Of a DNA stretch of 64,000 bases, positions 1 to 12,100 are shown one piece after another. The stretch's first letter is position 1. Each line of letters opens with the position of its first letter. The notes under the pieces are model-generated. The model saw only the letters and a program-made list of their open reading frames with translations. It had not been told where the DNA came from and did not search any database. Position numbers and translations under genes: made by a program. The stretch is taken from the NCBI GenBank assembly GCA_002269645.1, contig NIVC01002369.1:1-64000 (forward strand), written 5' to 3'. Origin of the DNA: Macrostomum lignano. Lineage: Eukaryota.

Positions 1-174
1 TGCTGAATTTGAAGTTATTGATTCAGCCACTTGTGTTTTGAACGGAATTAAAGTGCATAGTGATTTTCTGAGCTGAAACAGAAAATAAGCTAACTCGTAA
101 TTCTTCGATTTCAAAACTGTTGAAGTCTGTGTTTTGTCGAATCACACAGAGTTACATTTTTGGCAACTCCGCAG

Positions 175-3100
175 GGCCTGGCGCAGTCAGGCAGCTGGGG
201 CTGTCTGGACGAGTTCAACCGCATGGATCCGTCCGTGATGTCCGTGGCCGCCCAGCAGGTGTCCCTGGCGTTGGCCTGCAAGAAGGAGCGCCGTCAGCAG
301 TTCGTGTTCACTGACGGCGACACTGTGGAGCTAAATGCCGAGTTTGCCGTCTTCATCACCACGGTGGGTTTGATTAAAGATCTTAAAAAAATAATTGGCT
401 TGATCCATCGACACTCGCGCAGGGTATATCGCATCCCTGACATTCTTATCGTCAAGTTGCTGCCTATGATTCGTGCCTTTGAGGGCCAACCACAGACAGC
501 TCAGCCGCAGCTATTGCGCGGCGCATCTGAAGGCTGCGTACGGCTGTTCAGTCCAAGGACTGGTGGGTCGCCACACACACCCTCAATTACCCCAGCTAAT
601 GCTGGCACCCATTTTACAGCTGGGTGAACTGAAGCAATGCAGAGTTAGGTGTCCTGCTCAAGGACACAAACTGTTCCGAGTCCGACTTTTCAATCGCGAG
701 TCCAACGCTCTAACCACTAAGCTGCAGCCGCCTAACTCAACTGTAATAAAGCAGGGTCCAATGCATTCTCAAACCCTCTGCAAACACAGACTACTTCTAT
801 CTTTAAAAGTCCTCTTTTCCTGCTCCACTCCCCCAGAGCCCCGGTTATCCAGGCAGGCTGGAGCTGCCCGAGAATCTCAAGACCAGTTTCCGACCAGTTG
901 CCATGGTAACCCGGATGCCACTGCGGTACTGCGAGTGCGACTGACGGCGGCCGGCTATCAGCTTCAGGCGGCCGGCCAGCTGGCCAGGAAGACCGTTGCG
1001 CTTCTGCGCGCCTGCGATGATCAGCTGAGCCATCGGCCGCAGTACGACTTTGGCATGCGGACCGCTGTGGCTGCTGGCAGGGCGCTGGTGGCAGCCAGGA
1101 GGGAGCTCCTGACGACTGCTCAGAAACAGCCACCAGTGCAGACCTCAGCCAGGTAAGTTGACTGATTTGAATCCTGTGTGCGTTATATCTTCATTTAATA
1201 TTTTATTGCTTATTGAATTCATTAATTTGTGCATCTGATTACTATTTAATAAATCTACCTACTGCCTGACCAACTGACTCATTAACAGGTTCGATTCTCT
1301 GTCGTTCAACCGAAGGCCGTCGCTCAGCGCCAGCGGCTACCATCAGCTCCAGCAGCTGCAGCAACAAGACTCTGAGCAGTCTGTGGCCGTGCGAGCCCTT
1401 CGCGACGCTCTCCTGCCTCGTCTGGATGAATCAGACGAGCCGCAGTTGCTCAGCCTGCTAGAGGATCTGTTCCCGGGCTGCGGCCCAAGCCCGGACAGGC
1501 GTCCGGCGGCTCCGGATGTTGAAGCGGCCGTTGCTAGGCAAGTTGAGAACCTGGGCCTGACGCCTCATCCAGCTTGGATGCACAAGTGCGCTCAGCTTTA
1601 CGAGACGCAGTTGAACAGGTGAGCAAAGAGTGAAGGAAAGAATTGGGATCTGGGATCATGATGGGTATGGGCGAAGGATCGATCCTCTCTCGCTCCAACC
1701 GGCTCACCGAGCAGACACGGCGTGATCCTCCTGGGCGAGTCCGGCTCCGGCAAGACCAGCTGCGGCGCCGTTCTCCTGCGCGCCCTCGCCGAGTTAGGCG
1801 CCCCGCGCCGCGAGCTGCGCCTGAATCCCAAAGCCCTTGGAGACGGCGCCCCAGCCGAGCGACTGTTCGGCAAGCTGGACGCCGCTAGCAACGATTGGCG
1901 CGACGGAGTTTTCTCGGCGCTTTGGCGCCGGATTCGCCGCGCCAAGAGAGAACAACAGCAGCAGCATCAACAGCAGGCAGCCTGGCTGGTGCTGGACGGA
2001 CCCATTGATGCCGTGTGGGTGGAAAGCTTGAACTCGGTGCTGGATGACAACCGGCTGCTGACTCTGGCTAATGGTGAGTGATTTGCCAAACTCTGGTCGA
2101 ATCGATCGACATTTCGTCACATGCTCTGCTGCGAATTTCTAGCGATAGGTCGACACGCAGCCATGCGTGATGCCCTCTGATCCCCCCATTCCATGCGTGA
2201 TGCCCTCCGATCCCTCCATTCCATGCGTGATGCCCTCCGATCCCTCCATTCCATGTGTGATGCCCTCCGATCCCTCCATTCCATGCGTGATGCCCTCCGA
2301 TCCTTCCATTCCATGCGTGATGCCCTCCGGTCCCTCCATTCCATGCGTGATGCCCTCCGATCTCTCCATTCCATACGTGATGCATTCCGATCCCTCCATT
2401 CCATGTGATGCCCTCCGATCCCTCCATTCCATGCGTGATGCCCTCCGATCCCTCCATTCCATACGTGATGCATTCCGATCCCTCCATTCCATGCGTGATG
2501 CCCCTCCCTGACTTCAGGCGATCGAATTTCCATGGCCCTGGGCTGTCGAGTCCTATTCGAGGTGGACAGCATTCAGAACGCCACGCCGTCCACTGTGTCT
2601 CGAAACGGTCTGGTGCACTTCGGCCCCGGCGTGCTGGACTGGCAGCCGGTGCTGGCGGCCTGGCTGGCTCAACTCCAGGACTGGCAGCGCGCACCTGTTA
2701 AGGCCATTTTTGAAGCCGGCTTTCCTGGCGGACTGGGCTTTGTAATGCAAAATCTGAGGACAAAAATTACGGTGCGATTTCTGATTAATTGATTTCTTTC
2801 TTCGTTCTAGGACTACACGATTATATAGGGAGAAAGACAACAGTATGCGATCAAAGTACTTCCCATTCAGTAGTATTATCTCTTTTTATTCGTCACGGCT
2901 TCCTATTGGTTGAGTCTTCCCACTTTAACTCCCAGTATTTTATTATCTATCCTCACGCTCCAGGAAGTTTGGGTAGGCATGTACGTTGTCCCTGGGCACA
3001 AAGATACCAAATATGTGTCACGTGATTGTCTCTCTGGTTCTAACATCTATCCAACCACTGCAGTTAACAAGAAACTGTTTTAATTCAACGAGCTACACAG

Positions 3101-6100
3101 AATAATCAGGCCAAAGAGCACATGAGATGCAAGTCAGATTTGGTGATTCAGCTGCCTAAGGAGTTCACCAACCGGGTTGGCCATCAGGATGATCGTACAC
3201 AGGAGCGTAGCCAGGGGACACACAACCAGCTGACAGTAGTGTATGCCCCCTTACACTATACGGTTTTTTCATCAGGCGTTACTAAATGACAAATATAACA
3301 TTGTCAGGGAGATTTAGGGTGGGAGGGTTTAGCTGTTGGTAAGTATACAATGCACGCTAATCATACAAACCTTGTTCATTTTTCAGGTCCCAGAGTGCAA
3401 CTACATTCATCAGGCCACAAGCTTATTGTCCAGTCTCATATCTTCCACAGAAGATTCTTCGCCAAACCAGCAACAGCAGCAACAGCAACAGCATCATCAA
3501 CAACACCTAGAGCAGCAGCACCTGCAGAGGCTAGCAATTTTCTCGCTGATCTGGTCTTTAGGCTGCCTTCTGGAGCCTGAACAGCAGCACCGGTTGGAAG
3601 AACACCTGAGATCCTCCGCTGCCTACCCAACTCTGCAGCCGCTGCTGCCTCCGACAACTTTCAACGGCGGCGAAGATGCTTCCACTGCCACTGCTGCCAC
3701 AATATTTGACTTCTACGTTGACTCGGTCAGCGGTGAATGGCTGCACTGGTCGCAACTGCTGCCGGGTCGGCCAAGACCGGCGACTGCGTCGTCCACATCC
3801 GAAGAAGCTCTGCCGGTAGCGAGGCCCGTGACTCACTCGGACGCTGTCAGAATGGACTACCTGATCCGAACGGCGGCTCGGGGCGGCGGCGTCCTTCTTG
3901 TCGGTGGCCCTGGCGTCGGCAAAACCACAGCAGCCCGCGCCTACGGAGCGGCCGCCTGCGATCCGGAGTCGCATCTGTTCCGTCACGTCGCCTTCTCGAG
4001 CGCTAGCACGCCAAGCGCCTTCCAGCGCAGCGTTGAGTCGTACGTCGACAAACGGATGGGAACGACATTCGGCCCCCCGGCTGGCAAGCGACTGACGATG
4101 TTCATTGACGACATCGGCATGCCGGACCGAGACGCCTGGGGCGACCAGCCGACCAGTGAGGCGCTCCGTCAGCTGATGGAGTCAGGCGGCTTCTACAATC
4201 TGAAAAAGCCTGGAGAGTTCACCACCATCGTTGATGTCCACTTTCTGGCTGCCATGGCGCATCCGGGTGCCGGTCGTGGTGACATTCCGGCGAGACTGAA
4301 ACGCCAGTTCCGCATCTTCAATTGCTGCCTGCCCAGTCCGGCCAGCCTCGACAAAATCTACGGCTCCCTGGCTGCCGGTCACTTCAGCGTCGAGCGCGGC
4401 TTTACTGAGGACGTGTGCGCCGTGGCCGAGCGTCTGGTAGCGGCCACGCGGCGCCTGTGGCAGCGCGCACGCATCAAATTGGCGCCAACGCCGGCCAGGT
4501 TTCATTGCCAGTTCACGATGCGCGACCTCGGCCGGGTCTGGCAGGGCATGATGAACGCGGCGCCGAAGACGGCGACCAGCCCAGCCGCTCTGATTGCCCT
4601 GTGGCGTCACGAGTGCGCCCGCTCGATGTCCGACCGCCTGCCGGAGCCGGCCGACCGAGACTGGTTGGAGCGGATGGCCCGCCTCACCGCCGAGGAGGAG
4701 TGCGGAGCCGCCGCAGCGGTTACCGCCGGAGGCGATGCCGGTCTGTTCGTCCACTTTCTACCGAAAGGCGATGCTCCTGGCTCAGAAGCTCGATCATCTG
4801 CAACACCGGCTGAGATTTGGGAGGCTGTCAGTCTCTATCAGCATGCTCGGAGCGACGATCAGTTGACTGGCAGGCTCAGCGACTGCCTTGCCGCATATAA
4901 CAAAGCGGCCAAAGAAGCCGCCGATCCCGTCGGGATGCCCAGCTTGGGCAACATGGTGCTGTTCGACGAGGCTGTCGCTCACCTGGCTCGAGTGTCCCGG
5001 ATCATTCGGACGCCAAGCGGTCACGCGCTGCTGCTTGGGCCACCAGGCTGCGGCCGGAGATCGCTGACCCGACTGGCCGCTTTTGCTGCCGGACAGACCG
5101 TGCGTCGGCCGGACCCCAGCTGCCGGTACAGTCAGGTAAGTGCAGGCTGTATTTTTCATATTCCCAAGCTTCCCAAACACTAAACAATTTAACACCTTTA
5201 AAAACAAAAATTCTAAACGATTGCACATTTCATGCAAGCACATTCATTCCCGTCTTAAGGCCAGCCTCATTGAGGATCTGCGGCAGCTGCACAGAACCGC
5301 AGGTCTGCAGAACAGCGGTGTCACCTTCCTGTTGACTGAGGCCGACCTAAGCAGCGACGATGAAGGCCCGCTTGAGACGATCAACAGTCTGCTGGCTGTC
5401 GGCGAGGTGCCCGGTCTATTTAGCAGAGACGAGCTCGAAGAGATGCTCGGAGAGCTAGTCCCAGCCATGAAGCGGGATTTTCCTCGCAGACAGCCGACAA
5501 ATGAAAACCTGTTGGACTATTACAGCAACAGGCTGAGCCGGAACCTTCACCTCGTGCTGTGCCTGTCGCCACAGGAGCCGCTGCTTCGTCAGCGAGTTCT
5601 TCGCTACCCGGGACTGCTCTCGAGCTGCACGGTGGACTGGTACCGGCCGTGGCCGCGGCCGGCTCTCATTAGCTTGTCGCGCCATTTTCTAGCCAGCCGG
5701 CGAGTGGAGTTCGGCGACGATCTGGAGGACTCTGTGGTGGCGGCAATGGCGCAGTTTCAAGTGGCCGCGGCCGAAGTGGCAGATGAGCAGCTGCGGAAAT
5801 GCGGTCGACGCGGGGACGCCACAACGCAGGTTGGTAGTGCGGGTCAGAGCGGCAGCAGGAGAGAAGGGCAATGTCGCATTTGCACTATTAAAATTTCAAA
5901 ATTATTTAGGATTATCCATGATTTGCTATCCTGGGGTCCGTGCGAGAGGAGAGGAGAGTAGATAGATCGGAATGGGGGAGCGTGACGAGAAGGGAGGAGA
6001 GAATAGTGGGCTAGAAAACTGTTTCTAGCAGTTTCTTCTGAAGCTTTGAGTAGCTTCTCAAACAATTCTTTCCCATCGAACGCAGGCCTTCCTAGGCTTC

Positions 6101-9100
6101 GCGGCTGCCTTCGCCGACGTGTACTCCAGTCGACGCGATGAGCTGGACCTCCGGGCTTCTCGGATGGACACTGGCCTACGCAAGCTGCTGGATGCCGCCG
6201 GCTCAGTCGGCGGTCTGGCGCGTGACCTGTCAGCTAAGGAGGCCGCTCTGGTCGACATCAGCCGAGTGGCTGACGAAGCACTCAAGGAGCTCACTGAGAC
6301 GGCTTCAACTATGCAGGAAATCCGTGAGCAGGTGGATGTGGTCCGCGAGCGAGCCCAATCTCTGGTCGAGGCTATGGACGTGGATCGGGAGATAGCGGAG
6401 GAGAAGCTGGAGGCGGCCAAGCCGGCGCTCGAAGAGGCGGAGACGGCGCTGCAGACGCTGAAGCCGGCCGACATCTCGACAGTGAAGAAGCTGGCAAAAC
6501 CGCCGCATCTCATCATGCGCATCATGGACTGCGTGCTGCTGCTATTCCGACGGCACATCGACCCGGTGACAATGGACCCGGAGAAGAACTGCATCAAGCC
6601 GTCCTGGAGTGAGGCGTTGAAATTGCTCAGCGGAGATTTTCTAGGGGCGCTGCTTAACTTTCCGAAGGTCTGAAGTGTATAAAGCACATTTTCTTAATTA
6701 CAATTTTTGTGTTCTTAATGAGGTGGTGCCTTATTGACCTCAAGAGGGTGTAGCTAATTATAGATTGGTGTTAATTAGGTTCTTTATTGATACACCCCAC
6801 CTGTAACGAGTGGAACCCGGAGATTCGGGTTGGGAAGTTAAGTGACCCTGTCAGGTGTACGAGCTACTTAGTGGAAGTTTTAAATTGTGGCTTGTAGGTT
6901 TGAGTAGCCCCTACCAGGGGTAAACGCATTAGTAGTAGTAGTGGCATATGAGCCGGAGGACTCCAAGAGTACGAGTATCTAGCTGTACAGTGCTCACAAA
7001 AACAATCCTAGGACACAATCAACGGTGAAACTGCCGAGCTGCTGCAGCCCTACTTCGAGATGGAGGACTACACCATGGAGACGGCTCGGAAAGTGAGCGG
7101 CAACGTAGCCGGACTGTGCGCCTGGACCCAGGCCATGGCCACGTTCTACAGCATCAACAAGGATGTCATGCCGTTGAAGGTTGGTGGGACTTTTACCCGT
7201 GTATATAAGATTTTTACTTGCACTTTTAGAAGGTGAGCCAGCCAAACACAAACGGAATCTACGCATATTCTTTTGGTTATTAATAATTAAGATGCCTTGG
7301 ATGTCCGTCGCTTTGTATGAGAATACACACAGATACTATAATTAATAGACTAGATGGACTACTTAGCATATCTACGTGTAAGCTAATTTCGGTTTAGTAC
7401 TCGTAGAAAGTCAAATATCGGATATGTCTGGGGACCGGGAAGGCCAGCGCAGAGTGCGCAGTTGTAGCTGTTCTTTCAGTTGACTAACAGCATCGGCTCG
7501 GTGTGGCGGCGCGTTGTTATCCTGGACAACCCCCAAGTAGCAATGAGCTTCGCGCGTGCCGTAAGTTGCGTCACTCGCAAAGTGAGAAAAATTCATCTCG
7601 ATTGGAGGGTGGAACTTTTGACTGTTGCTGAGTATATATGTATTTAGGAGACTCGTTTATTGACCCTTTTAAGGCTCATTCACACCTACCAAATGAGCCA
7701 AAATCACACGACCAATGTACAAAGGAATCAAATTTGATCTACAAGTTGTGTTTATCACTCGAAATCTGGCCTTATTTGATGGCGGTGCTTAGCAGAACCC
7801 TTCCGGCTTAGTCTTGCTCTTGCCTGAGCAACCGCCCCGCCTCCCAATTTTTATTGCCTTTCTCGGTGCTTCCTGCCTAAGACTGCCTGCCATGTACATT
7901 ATACAGGCTCGTTTATTGACCCTCCTCACCCCCAGCAGAACCTCTTCCGACCCGTACAAAATCTCTACCCCCAACCTGCCGTCCAATTTACAGTGCCTTC
8001 CAAGCCTAAAACTGCCAGCCATGTACATTTCCAGTGGCGCTGGCTAATGTACATTATGACTGCACCAATAGCGCGAGTTGTTTACGTGTCTGCAAGTCAC
8101 GCTTGCTGCCTTTCTTTTTTCATAAAATAGCTTACACATTCCCTCCTTGCTACTAAACTGAAACTATAGAGTAGCAGAGAGTTTTAACAAGCAAACATGC
8201 CTAAGTGGTCTATCTAGTCCTGTGGTATCTGTGTTGAGAATCCATCAAATTGTGCTAATTCATTTATTAATAAATCATAACACAGGACGGCAGCAGGAGG
8301 ATTATGAGCGCCAGCGATCTTAAAGTTCGATATGAAAATTTTCTATTCTATACTTTTACTTTGTTATTCAGTAGTTGATTTTTTTATTGAATCTTATAGT
8401 CAGCTAGAAAACGGCCAAATTCTTCACATACGCTGTGAGTAGCAAGTATCACAAACTAGCTTTTATCATGTAGAGGACAAAAGACGTATTCAATTTCGAA
8501 TAAAATACGATTTTCAACAAGCAACTCTTTGCTCCCCCACGTAGGAGGAAGTGGACGACGAAGAGGAGGCTCAAAAGAGTCTGAGGGTAACATCAGCTTT
8601 CATTTTTTCTAAGCTTAACTGAGGTACTTGAAGACTGCATGCGAGGCGCCAACTTGTTAATCTAAGATGGCTTTCTAGGCTATCGTAGTTTTCCATATTT
8701 CAAAGAGCATGCAAATATTCGGTTCTAAGCATGCGCATGAGCAGTTAAAACCAATGATATCTTACTGACGATATGTATAGAAAATAACTTAATAAAGGTA
8801 AAATTTTGCATGATAAAACTCAATGAATAGCAATAGAAAATTAAAAAAAATTATTTCACTGCAACACCGGAATACGAGATGGCATGCAACTAAAAGAAGT
8901 GAATTTAAAAAATATTGATCTCTATTCAATCAATATATCAAATTTTCCTCTCTGCTACTTGTTACGGTACTCCGCCAACTCCTTGGTACGATGCGTCATA
9001 AAAATGCAACCCAAATAAAATTTCTTTGACCAGGCCAATCTGGCCATTCAGGAGGGCCGCCTCAGCCGCACCCGTCGAGAGCTGCGGCACGCCCAGCTGA

Positions 9101-12100
9101 CCATGGCGGAGCGGGAGGCGGAGCTGGAGGCTGCTCAGGAGCGCTACGACACCGCGGTGGCGCAGAAGCAGACTTTGACAGCGGAAGTTGAGTTCTGCAG
9201 GAAGAAGGTGGGACAGCGAAATTTAAACTTCACCCGGTGTTCGAGGGGCGCCTAAGTAGGAATCGAGGGGCGCCTAAGTAGGAATCGAGGGGCGCCTAAG
9301 TAGGAATCGAGAGGCGCCTAAGTAGGAATCGAGGGGCGCCTAAGAAGGAATCGAGGGGCGCCTAAGAAGGAATCGAGGGGCGCCTAAGTAGGAATCGAGG
9401 GGCGCCTAAGAAGGAATCGAGGGGCGCCTAAGAAGGAATCGAATGGCGACTAATTAGGAATCGAGGGGCGCCTAATTTTGAATCGGGGGACGGCTAATTA
9501 GGAATCGAGGGGCGCCTAATTAGGAATCGAGGGACGCCTAATGAGGAATCTAGGGACGCCTAATGAGGAATCTAGGGACGCCTAAATATGAATCGAAGGA
9601 CATCTAATTAGGAATCGAGAAGCGCCCAATTAGGAATCGAGGAACGCCTAATGAGGAATCTAGGGACGCCTAATTAGAATTTGAGAGACGTCTAATTAAG
9701 AATCGAGGGACACCTAAATATGAATCGAGGGACGTCTAATTGGGAATCTAGAAACGCCTAATTGGGAATCAAGGGACGTCTAATTAGAAATCGAGGAACG
9801 TCTAATATGAATCGAGGGACGCCTAATTAGGAATCGAGAGGCGCCTAAGTAGGAATCGAGGAACGCCTAATTAGGAATCAAGGGACGCCTAATTAGGAAC
9901 CCAGGGACGCCTAATTAGGAATTGTGGGGGCATTCAAATTTAGAGTCTAGGGGCCCCAAATTAGGAATTGAGAAGCGCCTAATTAGGAATCGAGGGGTAC
10001 CAAGAAAGTAGTCACCAGGGCGCCAAAATCAGTACGGGGCACGTAGGGCACAAATATTTAAACGCTGACGGGCCTGATTGACTCCATTCAGGTGCACAAC
10101 GCCACGGCACTAATCGAAGGCCTGTCAGCCGAGCGCATCCGCTGGACCGAAGCCAGCAAAGGCCTGGAAACGCTGCGTCATCGGTTGCTAGGCGACACTC
10201 TCCTAGCAACGGCATTTGTAGCCTACGGCGGACCATTGACAACCGAGTTCAGGGAGCTGGCAGTTCGAGCTTGGAAAAAGGAATTAATGCTGGATAAAAT
10301 TATTTTCACCGATGTGAGTTGCATTGAGTAATGAGAGGGGCTGATTTTATCTGAGCTATCCGTGTGTGCATAACATGAGACAGAAGAATTATCAAAGCAT
10401 CATCAAAGCTAGGGGTGAGAGATTTACCCAAGGAGGGTTAAGGTTGGAGCAGCTCGTTCGACTCTCGCTTCATAGTAGCCCCTGGTTCGATTCCGTTTGA
10501 ACACCCACTCACCCTCCCACTCACCCTCTCACTCACCCTCTCACTGACCCTCCCACTGACCCTCCCACTGACCCTCCCACTGACCCTCCCCCTGACCCTC
10601 CCACTGACCCTCCCACTGACCCTCCCACTGACCCTCCCACTCACCCTCCCACTCACCCTCCCACTCACCCTCCCACTCACCCTCTCACTGACCCTCTCAT
10701 TGACCCACCCATTGACCCTCTCACTGACCCTCTCACTGACCCTCTCACTGACCCTCTCACTGACCCTCTCACTGACCCTCCTACTGACCCTCCTACTGAC
10801 CCTCCCACTGACCCTCCCACTGACTGCTTGCTTGGGTCCACAGAGGGCTATGGATCACCATGGATGCCATCCGGCTCCATCTTCAGGAGCCGAGCGCTCT
10901 GGTCTCCGCTTTGGTCGACCCGACCAGCCAGGACGAGTGGCGCCTCCTTGGCCTGCCCGGCGACGATTCCTCGGCTCAGAGCGCGCTGGTCGTCAGTCGG
11001 CAGGCGGCTGCGGGTCGCTGGCCGCTCCTGGTGGATCCGCACGGTCTCGGGCGCACCTGGCTGCGCAGCTGTCTCGAACAGCGGCACCGAGGCCCGGTGA
11101 CCATCACTGCGCCAAGTCTTCGAGGCTTCCGCGCCGCCCTGGAGGAGGCCGCCACCGCCGGCAGGCCAATCATTGTCGAGGACGTCAGCGGCGGGCGGCT
11201 GCATCCGCTGCTGGCCGGCCTCCTGGCCACCGCAGCCGCCCTCGTCGGTCGCATCCGAATCGGCGAGAAACTCGTCGACGTGGCCGACGGTTTCCAGCTC
11301 TACCTGACTTGCCGACAGGCCGCCCCGGCGCACCCTGCCGATGTCCACGCGCTGACGGCTGTCGTGGACTTCGGCGTGACGCCCGGAGGACTTGAGGAGC
11401 GGCTGCTGGACACGGTGGCCGAGGCTGAGAAGCCGGAGCAGGAGGCTGAGCGAGCCAAGCTGCTGGCCGAGGCCGGGCAGCAGCGTCGCCGACTTGAGCA
11501 GCTCGAGGAGGGCCTGCTGCGCCGGCTGAGCGACACCGACGGCGCTCTCGTCGATGACGCCTCGCTAGTTGAAGTTCTCCGAGAGGCCAAGCAGGCCTCC
11601 GAGGAGGCTCGCGAGCGACTGTCGGCGGCCACAGAAGGCGAGGCCCGACTGTGCCGAGCCCGCGAGGATCTGCGCCCGGTGGCGTCTCGGGGCCGCCTGC
11701 TGTACTCCCTGGTGGCGGACCTGGCCCTGCTCAGCCCGATGTACTCGCAGTCGCTCGACCTGTTCCTGCGGCACTACCGAGCCAGCCTCGCTGAGGCGGC
11801 CAAATCGCCGATCGCTCTGCGCCGCATCGCCAACCTGATTGACAGCTTGACTCGACGAGTCTATCGAGCCACGTCGCGCGGCCTCTACGCCGCAGACCGG
11901 GCCGCCTACAGCCTGCTGCTGGCGCTGCGGCTGCAGACGGCGTCTGGTCACGTGCGGCCGGACGAACTGGACGTTCTGCTGCGTGCCGGAGCCGATGTTG
12001 ACGCCAGCGAAGTCGGCGTCAAGCCGCAACGCCGGTGGCTCTCTGACGCCGTTTGGCTGAACGCACACGCCCTGAGCCGACTGGCGCACTTCAGCCTCAT

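Noticed and set aside
8765-8800. CTGACGA TATGTATA GAAA hammerhead-like string
   Set aside because: Only a weak AU stem II; no stem I pairing or clear NUH site.
10435-10497. Perfect B-box GGTTCGATTCC suggesting a tRNA gene
   Set aside because: No cloverleaf or acceptor stem could be built; at most a SINE-head fragment.
10844-10886. Earlier acceptors at CAGAG (10843/10845) for the large dynein exon
   Set aside because: Wrong phase; the acceptor at 10886 fits both phase and homology spacing.
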